A stretch of 64,000 bases of DNA. It comes from Octopus vulgaris (Eukaryota). Position numbers and translations under genes: made by a program. The notes under the pieces were generated by a model. That model was given only the letters and a program-made list of their open reading frames with translations, was not told where the DNA came from and ran no database searches. The stretch spans positions 52,452,001 to 52,516,000 of the forward strand of contig OX597833.1 in the NCBI GenBank assembly GCA_951406725.2, in the 5' to 3' direction. Of this stretch, positions 52,900 to 64,000 are shown piece after piece. How positions within the stretch are numbered: the first letter of the stretch is position 1; each line of letters opens with the position of its first letter.

Positions 52900-55074
52900 T
52901 AATATGCAGATGAATTGAATCCGCACTAGCAAATACGGATGACATCAACACATACATAGAAACACATGCACGCACATAAACTTTCTCCCTCTCTCTTTCC
53001 CTTTCTTTCTCTATCTCTTTCTTTCTCGAAGAAAAACACCTACACATACATAAGTACATATTTGCCTAAATGAAGATCAAGGACGTGTCCTCTGATTTTC
53101 CCTAGGAATCATAGGACACTTGCGTATACAGTCGCAAAAATACACACACATTCTCATGTACACCCTGGTGCACACTGACAGCTAGAAGTTGTTTGGGATA
53201 AATTCGACAGTTTGCCTTAAAAGGAAAAGGGAACACAATATGCAAAGTAACTTGTTCTAAAATTCCCATTGGAGTTACCAGTAGTAACTCTAATGAAAAG
53301 TAATTCTTGTTACTCCTCGACGTGATTGTTTCGTACAAAAAACTGTTAATACTCTTTTTAACCCCCAAAAGACAACCTCCTCCAGCTGGTTAACGACACA
53401 CTATTTGCGTCCGTTATATTGCAAACAAGCGAACGAACAAATCCCATCCAGCGGTGACTGGTCAGTAGACCAGCTAGTTTCAGGGTCTTGCTCTTCCTCA
53501 GTACTGATACACCTGTCTGCGAGACAGTGCAGTCGTTCGTTCCGGTTCGCAATATATAAATAAATAAGCGATATTCAACCGCTGATCTTGCAACAAGCAA
53601 AGCAGCAAGTTCTAAAATTTCTATATCAACCACATGGTTCCGAGCTTTGGGTAACTGTCTTCTACTATAGCCTCGGGCCGACCAAAGCCTTGTGAGTGGA
53701 TTTGGTAGACGGAAACTAAAAGAAGCTTATCGTATATATGCATATATATATATGTATGTGTATGTGTGTGTATATGTTTGTGTCTGTGTCTGTCCCCCCA
53801 ACATCGCTTGACAACCGATGCTGGTGTGTTTACGTCCCCGTAACTTAGCGGTTCGGCAAAACAGTCCGATAGAATAAGTACTAGGCTTACAAAGAATAGG
53901 TCCTGAGTCATTCAAAGAATAAGTCCTGAGTTCAAATGCCTCCGGGGTCGACGATGGCTCTCATCATTTCAGGTTCGATAAAATAAGTACCACTTGATCA
54001 CTGAAGGTCGATGTAATCGACTTACTCCTTTCCCCGAAATTGCCGGTCATGTACGAAAATGTGACTAATATAGAAAGGCAGCGATTTGGCAGAATTATTA
54101 GCACGCTACACAAAATACTCAAACGAATTTCTTCCGGTTTTAGATCCTGAGTTCAAATGCCACTGAGGACAACTTTCATCGTTCATTTTCTCAGGGCCGA
54201 TTAAAATAGTGATTTCAAATTCTGGTGCAAGGCCAGAAAGTTCATTGGGTGGATTACATCGACCCCAGTGCTTAACTGGAACTTATTTTATCGTCCCCGA
54301 AAGGATGAAAGCAAAGTCAATATCGGCGGAATTTGAACTCAGAACCTAAGGAGGGATGAAACGCCGCTAAGCGCTTTGTCTGGCGCGCTAACGATTCTAC
54401 CAGCACGCCGCCTTAGTGCAGATTAAAATAATCTTTTCTGCTATAGGCACAAGGTTGAAATTTTGAAGGAGGGAGGCACCCGATTAGATCAACCCAAGTA
54501 CGCAACTGGTACTTAATTTATCGACCCCGAAAGAATGAAAGGCAAAGTTGACCTCGGTGGGGAAAGATTAAAATAATATCAGTTTGATAGTTGAGTCTAT
54601 GTAACCGACTTACCTTTCTCCTCAAAATTACTGGCCTTGTGCCAATAATTAGAAAAAATTGTACATACCAAAATTACAGGCATAATCATATAACTAACCG
54701 AGAAAAAGCGGGTAATAAGAATGCCCTAAATTAAGACATGATGTAATTTTCTTTGTTAAAAATATAATTTGAGTCAATTTAATGTCGTGAACCCAACAAA
54801 ACAAAATTAAATGAATAAATAAAGAAGAGGTAATTATGCGGCGAGGAAACAGTATTTTATAAATGACTAATGTTATTTTCATTTTGTAGGGTAAGTGTAG
54901 TCATGGATATGTGGTTAAGAATCTTACTTTGCAGTCACGAGATTTCAGGTTCAATCCTACTCTTGGGCAAGTGTCTTCTACTCTAGCCTCGGGCCGAGCA
55001 AAGCCTTGTGAGTGGATTTGGTAGACGGAAACTGAAAGAAGCCCGTCCTATAGATGTATGTCTATCTATATATG

Positions 55075-55306
55075 TTTCTTTACTACCCACAAGGAGCTAA
55101 ACATAGAGGGGACAAACAAGGACAGACAAACGGATTAAGTCGATTACATCGGACCCAGTGCGTAACTGGTACTTAATTTATCGACCCCGAAAGGATGAAA
55201 GGCAAAGTCGACCTCGGCGGAATTTGAACTCAGAACGTAGCGACGGGCGAAATACCGCGAAGCACTTCGCCCGGCGTGCTAACGGTCTCTGCCAGCTCGC
55301 CGCCTT
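55075..55306 (-). mobile_element. Family A SINE monomer
   Basis: Full reverse-complement match. Confidence 0.9.
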
Positions 55307-55333
55307 ACGAATGTCTATCTATCTATCTATCTA

Positions 55334-55400
<67 letters not shown>

Positions 55401-55409
<9 letters not shown>

Positions 55410-55709
55410 TGTTCCTTCTCAAACCATGCCTGTCTCATAAGGGCCGGTTTCCAGGTTTCCTGGGCGTATAGGTTCCCCACCTGGACGGGAGACCGGTCCG
55501 TTGCGAGTGGGCTGCTAGATGCAGGAGGAAAGAGTGAGAGAAAGTTGTGACGAAAGAGTGAGCAGAAGTTCGCCATTACCTTCTGTCAGAGCCGCGTGGA
55601 GCTAAGGTGTTTCGCGCATAAACACACACACATCGCCCGATCTGAGATTCGAACCCACGATCCCTCGACCGCGAGTCCGCTGCTCTAACCACTAGGCCAT
55701 GTGCCTCCA
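55401..55709 (-). mobile_element. Chimeric SINE: family C-like head with family D-like tail
   Basis: Head like 25553-25938; tail cccgtccaggtgg..aacctatacgcc..ggaaacc..ggcccttatgag..gagaaggaacaaacaa like 56569-56806. Confidence 0.75.
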
Positions 55710-55901
55710 CATACACACACACACACACACACGCGTGTGTATGTGTCTGTGTTTGCCCCCCCACCACCACCACCATAGCTTGACAATCGATGATGGTGAT
55801 TTTCTTCCTGGAGTCGATTTCTTCGACTAAAACATTTTAAGGCGGTGCTCCAGCATGGCTGCAGTCACCGAAGTAAAAGATTATAAGAATAAAAGAATAT
55901 A

Positions 55902-55939
<38 letters not shown>

Positions 55940-55986
55940 CGTGGGTTTTGTGTGTGTGTGTGTGTGTTTGTGTGTGTGCGTACGTG

Positions 55987-56021
<35 letters not shown>

Positions 56022-56568
56022 TGCATGTGTTTGTGTGTGTGTGCATGCGTCAACTCCCGCGCCATTCGACAACCCGTGTCGGTTTGTTTACGTATCCCTA
56101 ACTATCAGTTCGGTTCAAGGGAACGACGGAATATGTACCTCGAATTAAAGGTGGATTTGTACGACTAAATTCTTCAAGGCGCCGCCCCAGCATGACCGCA
56201 CTCAAATGACTGAAGCAAGTAAAAGATACGAACAAGATAATATCATAAGCATAACATGTAATCAGGGTTTCTATTAACATGAAAAGTTCACTACATGGTT
56301 GTGATTTCTGCTAGAGATAGTAGCTAAATATCCCAGAAAACATACTGAATAAGTACTATCTAAAATATTGTGATCCCTTATACAGCCAAAAGATGAGATG
56401 TTGATGGCTGTGATCAATCAAGGTCGAAGTAGGGTTAAATAACAACAACATCAATAGTAGCAGACATCGAGGGGTTCAATCAGGGCTTTCTATGCGGTCA
56501 TGAAGACTGCTAGAAATAGGAACCAAATCTCCCTCAGCACAATATTAGAGATGTAAGCTATAATATGT

Positions 56569-56806
56569 GGAGGCGCGTGGCTTAGTGGTTAGGATGTCAG
56601 CCTCATGATAGTAAGATTGTGGTCTCAATTCCTGGACCGGGCGACGCGTTGTGTTCTTGAGCAAAACACTTCATTTCACGTTGCTCCAGTCCACTCAACT
56701 GGCAAAAATATGTAACGCGTCCCGTCCAGGTGGAAAACCTATACGCCAAGGAAACCGGGAAACCGGGCCCTTATGAGCCAGGCGTGGCTCGAGAAGGAAC
56801 AAACAA
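56569..56806 (+). mobile_element. Family D SINE
   Basis: A box tggcttagtggttag; conserved body and tail. Confidence 0.85.
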
Positions 56807-57079
56807 TGCCACGTGCCATTAGTAACATTATCGTAAAGTTTTAGATTCAAGTAATTATTTCTGGGAATTTCGACTGGCTGAAAATAAACAGGAGTAAATT
56901 AAATATAGATTACTTAATCAAGTTTTTTTTTTTTTGCGGTTCTACGATGTTTTTACTCAGTTACATAATGCAGAATTAGTCTAAACCATATAAGATTCAT
57001 ATCTAATACAGTTAAACCCTTGCTCTATCCCATCACACACACACACACACACACCTGCGCGCACATACATATATACATA

Positions 57080-57380
57080 GGGTGAAGACCTCCTTGGTCA
57101 TGAATGACCACGGGTTTGCATCTAAAAAGTTTCCCTCCGAGGCACAAGTGTGGGCAAGATTATTTGCGGAAGACCAGCAGTCGCCCATGCATACCAGCCT
57201 CTCCTCGCCATGCCACCAGTGTTATCCAAGTGAAAGGCAAAGGCAGATACAGATGAGTGAACTGGAGCAACGTAAAATAAAGTGTCTTGCTCAAGAACAC
57301 AACACACAACCCGGTCCGGAAATCGAACTCATTACCTCTTGATTGCAAGGCCGACAATCTAACCACTGAGCCATGCACCT
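57080..57380 (-). mobile_element. SINE with family D-like head/body and a different tail
   Basis: Minus strand ...ttgtgttcttgagcaagacact...; ends ggtcattcatgaccaaggaggtcttcacc. Confidence 0.7.
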
Positions 57381-58130
57381 TGACATATATACATATATTC
57401 CGTCTCCTTGTTGCTTGCTCACTGCCTAAGGCATCATTGATTTTTCACCTGTAACCTCATAGATGGCTGACAGTTCTGTTGCAGGTGTGCAAGGTTTGTA
57501 GCATAGATAACAAACAAAAGATGTTACTTACTGTGCACTCTCAGCCAGGTACCTCAACCAGGTACCTCAACACAACATGACGTCACTCTTCCATTGCTGT
57601 AGGACTTTCAGCAGATGGGATGACAGACACGCACGCGCACACACGCACACACACACACAAACATATATTTATGTACACATATGTATATATACGTATATTC
57701 ATATATACAGGTGTATATATATATATTCTTTTACTCTTTTACTTGTTTCAGTCATTTGAGTGCGGCCATACTGGAGCACTGCCGAACGAATCGACCCCAG
57801 GACCTATTCTTTGTAAGCCTAGTATATGTATATATTTGAGCACCCCTGTTTGTTTCCACCCCCACTCCAGACCGTCACCTGACAACCGATGCTGGTGTGT
57901 TTTTGTCCCCGTAACTTAGCGTCTAGGCAAAAGAGACCGATAGAATATGTACTCGGCTTGCAAAACAATATGTCTTGGGTCGATTTGCTCGACTAAATGC
58001 GGTGCTCCAGCATGCCCACAGTCAAATGACTGAAACAAGTAAAAGAATATATATATATACCGGAGTAAACACATAAATGTGAAACAAGGTTGAAAAAAGA
58101 GTACTCAAATACCAGTGGTAGAGTAATATG

Positions 58131-58288
58131 CTTTATTTAAAGCAGCAGAAAATTCAACAAAATCTGTTACTCTGAGTTTCTCGTTGCCGTTCATCAGACA
58201 GTTTTTGCTAGAAAAAACTGTCTGATGAACGGCAACGAGAAACTCAGAGTAACAGATTTTGTTGAATTTTCTGCTGCTTTAAATAAAG
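58131..58288. repeat. Perfect 76-bp inverted repeat with 6-nt loop, hammerhead motif in each arm
   Basis: 58131-58206 is the exact reverse complement of 58213-58288; ctgt CTGATGA a-cg-gcaa-cg-a GAA ACTC-A-GAGT A acag. Confidence 0.9.
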
Positions 58289-58661
58289 TATATATATATA
58301 TTTGTATCACCTTGTATTGGCTTTTGGAATTAATTCGAAGGGATATAACATGCAGTGAGAGAGATTTTCTCATTCATTGGAGCCAAGATGTCTGTGATCT
58401 TGTATGCTAATGATGATGACGATGATGATGATTATGATGATGATGGTGATGTTGATGATGATGATGATAAGTATGACGATGGTGGTGACGATGATAAGGA
58501 TGATGCTGCTTGTGCTGGTGCTGGTGTTGGTATGGGGGTTAGATTTTGGTGGCGGCGGCGGCGGTGCTCGTGACGGAGGTGGTTTACAACGTTGGCAGAT
58601 ATATCAGTCGAATTAGTTGTTATTAACAGTAGATAGTCGCAACGGAATTAGAAGATTCGAC

Positions 58662-58750
<89 letters not shown>

Positions 58751-58890
58751 GGGTGGTGGTGGTGTTGGTTGTGGTGGTGGTGGTGGTGGTGGTGGTGGTG
58801 GTGGTGGTGGTGGTGGTGGTGGTGGTGGTGGTGGTGGTGGTGGTGGTGGTGGTGGTTGTGGTGGTGGTGGTGGTGTAGGTGGTGGTGGTG

Positions 58891-58956
<66 letters not shown>

Positions 58957-59022
58957 ATGGTGGTGTTTGTGGTGGTGGTGGTGGTGTTGGTGGTAAAGGT
59001 GTTGATGGTGGTGGTAGTAGTT

Positions 59023-59058
<36 letters not shown>

Positions 59059-59079
59059 GCAGTAGTGGTAGTGGTGGTG

Positions 59080-59115
<36 letters not shown>

Positions 59116-59150
59116 GTTGTTGTTGTTGTTGTTGTAGTAGTAGTAGCAGT
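58662..59150. repeat. Compound (AGT)n/(GGT)n microsatellite
   Basis: Direct reading. Confidence 0.95.
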
Positions 59151-59368
59151 GGCGGGAGAATCACGAGTATTTTTTTTTGGTGTTTCATTTTGGTTTTTTC
59201 TTCTCGTCGTGGAATGTTTGATATTTTAGGAACGCATAGAATTCCATCTGCCGAATGATTGGTGCCAAGTGATATTGCACCGAAAAGCACTGCACTTGTA
59301 TGTAAATGCACCAAGAGGAACTGCACCCTGTTGAGGCACTCATTAACTTAAACACGGAGCTTGATACA

Positions 59369-59423
<55 letters not shown>

Positions 59424-59702
59424 TTTGGTCTTGATTTTTATCTGGTGTACGTACGTAAAGCGTTTTGGCTCTTTTCATCTCACTTTCATCAACAGTCGCC
59501 ATCTTACTCGACACGAGCAGCGATGAAAACCGAGCCCACGCGATGTCCTCTTTCGTGTTACCTAATATCATTGGAAAGCAAACTTCCCATACTACTACAC
59601 TTGTAGCACAACATGGTAACACTAATCTTGCACATCATAGTTTAAAACCAGGAGCTGACGAACCAACTATAAAGCTCCACATTTGCAATATCCTGTTGTA
59701 AT

Positions 59703-60444
59703 AGCATCTTGTAAAGCGTTCACTGATATGAATCAAATCAAAGATCGTGTTTCTGGTTTATGATAACTCACGCAGCGTGGCATACGCTCCTACTACTTCA
59801 ATAGGCGTCACTGGAAAGCGGGTATTACTTGATAACAAGTACCGTACTTTCGCTAATTGTTTCAGGTGCCTGTGTAGTCACGAGGAGACATAAATACATT
59901 TTCGGTCCTCTCTTTCTTGACTCTGCGGAATATCTAGGATGCGGCATCTAGCTAGAAAGGAGAAAGGGTCGCACTAGCAATCGTTCGATACTCAGTTCAG
60001 CTGATACATGAAATGGTGTGCTTCGCTCAATGAAGTCAACGACTCGCCTAATTCAGGGTACCGAACCTAAGAAAGCATCTTGTAAAGCATTCACTGATAT
60101 GAATCAAATCAAAGATCGTGTTTCTGGTTTATGATAACTCACGCAGCGAGACATACGCTCCTACTACTTCAATAGGCGTTACTGGAAAGCGGGTATTACT
60201 TAATAACAAGTACCGTGCTTTCGCTAATTGTTTCAGGTGCCTGTGTAGTCACGAGCAGACATAAGCACTCTTTCGGTCATCTCATTCTTGACTCTGAGGA
60301 ATATCTAGGGTGCGGCATCTAGCCAGAAAGGAGAAAGGGTCGCACTAGCAATCGTTCGATACTCAGTTCAGCTGATACATGAAATGGTGTGCTTCGCTCA
60401 ATGAAGTCAACGACTCGCCTAATTCAGGGTACCGAACCTAAGAA
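59703..60444. repeat. Tandem duplication, 371-bp period, two copies
   Basis: 59703-60073 and 60074-60444 are near-identical with scattered substitutions. Confidence 0.92.
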
Positions 60445-60904
60445 CTTATGGTCGTGAGATCAACACCTTAACCACTAGAGTACGCATCATTGTGATGTGA
60501 GAGATAGTGTGTTGAGGACTGAGGTTGTTGCATACTTCTTTGTTACTCTTAGATTAAGTCATCGACCCACTCGAATTCACATAATGAAGACAAATAAACC
60601 ATGATTTCTCCCTGCGGTCACCCGCCTTGCTAGAAATAGCATTCAAATATCCCCCAAATAAAACTATCGATTACTTACATGAATTACGAATGTGTTTATA
60701 CTATCATAGAAGGTTCTATCGATCGAGAATGTTCAATACAAGAAGCGCAGAACCTGAATATTGGTTGAAAGATATCACAAGAAAGGAGGGGGTCTTTTTG
60801 TTTTGGTGTCGGGTAAGGGGTAAGAAAAAGTAAAACACTGGAAAGGTGGGATGACCACGGTTAGAAGGTATTTGATCTTCGCCGAGATTTGCTTGACTAA
60901 GATA

Positions 60905-61320
60905 GGCGGTGAGTTAGCAGAAGCGTTAGCATGTCGGGCGAAATGCTTAGCGGTATCACGTCTGCCGTTATGTCCTGAGTTCAAATTCCGCCAAGGTCGA
61001 CTTTGCCTTTCATCCTTTCGGGGTCGTTAAATTATGTACCAGTTACGCACTGGGGTCGATATAATCGACTTAATCCGTTTGTCTGTCCTTGTTTGTCCTC
61101 TCTGTGTTTATTCCCCTGTGGATAGTAAGGAAATAGGTATTTCATCTGCCGTTATGTTCTGAGTTCAAATTCCGCCGTGGTCGACTTTGCCTTTCATCCT
61201 TTCGGGGTCGATAAATTAAGTACCAGTTAAACACTGGGGTCAATGTAATTGACTTAATCTGTTTGTCTGTCCTTGTTTGTCCCCTCTATGTTTAGACCCT
61301 TGTGAGCAATAAAGAAATAA
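60905..61320 (+). mobile_element. Family A SINE dimer
   Basis: One head and two bodies; junction gaaatag|gtatttc. Confidence 0.9.
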
Positions 61321-61769
61321 GGTAGGCCCGAAGCTACACAAAGGCACAAATAACGTTAAAATTATCTGCATCCAAATATACGTAGACAATAAGACTGTCA
61401 TACTATTTGTGTTTTGCATAACATGACAACCATATTTGTAGCAGCATATATAAATGTCAGGACGATGTTACAAAGTGTTATGAAAGCTTATAAACGCTGG
61501 CAACATTGCCAGCGTTTATATGCTCTTTACGTTTTGAGATGAAATCCCGCCATTGATTAGTAACGTGATAGACTTAGAACGTCTCCCTGTTTAACGCCGC
61601 CAGATGGCGCCTTAGATGCTTTTAGCGGATTCAATTTTGTTGCAAGTTTTCAACTTCTCGGCTTGGGAGTATTTATTTATCCTCTTCCAACGCACTTGAT
61701 GGTTCTACAGCAGGCCAGGGGACACAATATTCTCGCCAAAGATTTCAAAATATGTGATCGGAATGATTA

Positions 61770-62200
61770 AGGCAATAAGATAAGACATTGTTATCGTTAA
61801 TCTAAAGATAGGCAGTATACAATAATTAGTATAGCATTACTGTGTAACAATAATTTTGTATGAGAAAAAGAAGGGGCATCAAGAGATTCAGAAAGTCCCC
61901 AAATCTAAAAAGACAACATGCAAATGTATGAGGTAAGAAATGCTGCAATGGTGCCGGTGATAGCGGGCATTTTTCAGACAAACATAAAGAAAATAGTGTC
62001 ATGGTTGAAGGAATTTGGGACTGACGGAAATTCAGACAGGATAATACAGAAAAACCACACTGCTAGGAACCACAAGGATCCCAAGGAAAGTGTTTGAAAA
62101 CTGAGCTGAGGAAAGAATCCCACAGGAGAATTATTCACTGGTTGTGTCTCGTTCCTTGGACTGTGAAAGTGATACATGATCTATGTGCGATATGGATATA
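61770..62200 (+). mobile_element. Decayed Dong/R4-like 3' fragment
   Basis: Remnants DIVIVNLKIG..., VPVIAG, RIIQKNHT and a 3' end ctgtgaaagtgata similar to 22220-22240. Confidence 0.5.
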
Positions 62201-62444
62201 ATTATAATAATGTCTGAGAAATCACTGGCCACGTATTCTGGGGCAGGATGTTAACGATTTAAACGACTTCAGCACTTGACATCTACTTAATTTACCTTCC
62301 CCGGAAGGACGAATGCGTTAAAGAACGGGTTAAACCCTTTGCCCCCCTGGTGAGAGCTGAACTAAAATTGTATAAGATCCTAACTAAAAACCGGAAGGCA
62401 TTTTGTTCACTGCTTTAACGATTCTGTTGTCGATTACCTTAATG

Positions 62445-62550
<106 letters not shown>

Positions 62551-62741
62551 TAATACTTTCTACTATAGGCACAAGGCCTGAAGTTTTGGAGGAGGGGACC
62601 AGTCGATTGCATCGACCCCAGTGCTTAACTGGTACTTATTTCATCGACCCCGAAAAGATGAAAGATAACGATTCTGCCAGCTTAATAACGATTCGTGCTA
62701 ACGATTCTGCCAGCTTAATAATAATAATAATGATAATAATG

Positions 62742-62801
<60 letters not shown>

Positions 62802-63013
62802 GGTTCAAATTTTGCCACAAGGGCAAACATTTTGGGGGAGGAGGTGTGTTGATTATATCGGCCCCAGTGTTCAGCTGGGTCTTATTTTATCGACCCTGAA
62901 AGGATGAAAAACTAAGCTGACCACAGCAGAATTTGAACTCAGGACGTAGCGACGGTCGAAATACCGCTAAGCATTTAGCCCGGCGTGCTAACGAGTATTT
63001 CAGCTCAGCGCGT

Positions 63014-63061
<48 letters not shown>

Positions 63062-63095
63062 CGATGATGATGATGATGATGATGATGATGACGAC

Positions 63096-63136
<41 letters not shown>

Positions 63137-63173
63137 CGATGATGACGATGATGACGATGATGACGATGATGAC

Positions 63174-63224
<51 letters not shown>
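63014..63224. repeat. (GAT)n/(GAC) microsatellite
   Basis: Direct reading. Confidence 0.95.
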
Positions 63225-64000
63225 ATATTTTAGTTACAAGATCTACATTTTTTAGTAGAACAGATTCGTCGATACTGGCGACCTCATTCTGCGACTGGAA
63301 CTTTATTTTATTGATCCTGAAAGGATTAAAAGGATGGTCGACTTCAGGGGAATTTGAACTCAGAATGTAAATTGTCTTAAAAAGACTACGAACTATTTCT
63401 TCTGATGCTCTACCGATTGTGCGACAGGTCTATGCCTTTGAATTACAACTACAATCCATCCTATGAGTTTCACGCAATTTCTGTCTACCCAATTTCACTC
63501 AGATGGCCTTGGTTGGCCCGAGGTAACAGAGAAAGACATTTATCCAAGATGACCTGCAAAGGGATGGAATCCCAGATCTCGTAATGGCGAAGCTAACTTC
63601 TTAACTATTTGGTAAAGCTGCGTCCAGGATTCAACTTCAACCTCAACAAATTTTAGCAAGAACTGAAGTAATACGAAAATCTATGGAACGTTAACAAATA
63701 AGAAGAGAATATTTTGATAAGGAATATCGACAATGAATAGAAAAAACCCGCAATCGAGAATGTTCCACATAAGAATCGCAGCACCTGGACAGTATTTGGA
63801 AGAAAAAACAAATGAAGAAGAAGCCGCAAAACACTACAGAAAATGAGCTATTGGTGAACAATAGGAAATGATGACGAACCAAGTTTCTTGTTAAAATATC
63901 TATAAGAATACACAAAGTATGTGCAAACATATTCCATGATAAATGATAATACAGAAAACTCTACACGGAAGAGAAAAAGTCTCCTAATTCCTGAGTGTGG

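Noticed and set aside
54861-54896. Branch point, pyrimidine tract, AG-G-GTAAGT (1-nt microexon or recursive-splice-like)
   Set aside because: GTAAGT overlaps a decayed SINE head and there is no host gene evidence.

Overview
AT-rich, repeat-saturated eukaryotic non-coding DNA. The SINE families, microsatellite load and Dong/R4, HERO, CRE and mariner debris point to a cephalopod, most likely Octopus (inference, no search run). I found no credible host protein-coding gene; most ORF-track entries are microsatellite or SINE artefacts. Supported features: one intact tRNA-Arg(TCG) gene, four tRNA-derived SINE families, a long Dong/R4-type RLE-endonuclease ORF inserted in (TAA)n, decayed Tc1/mariner elements, two non-autonomous Helitrons and many microsatellites. 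The main hidden signal is a set of about ten small type I hammerhead-ribozyme (HHR) motifs from at least six sequence families that are unrelated outside the core. Most have the palindromic, dimer-type stem III typical of Penelope-like elements and retrozymes. They include one inside a ~352-bp direct-repeat unit (7043-7510), one canonical GUC-cleaving copy in a fold-back (49352-49426) and one in each arm of a perfect 76-bp hairpin (58131-58288). All structures were read by eye and none is experimentally tested.
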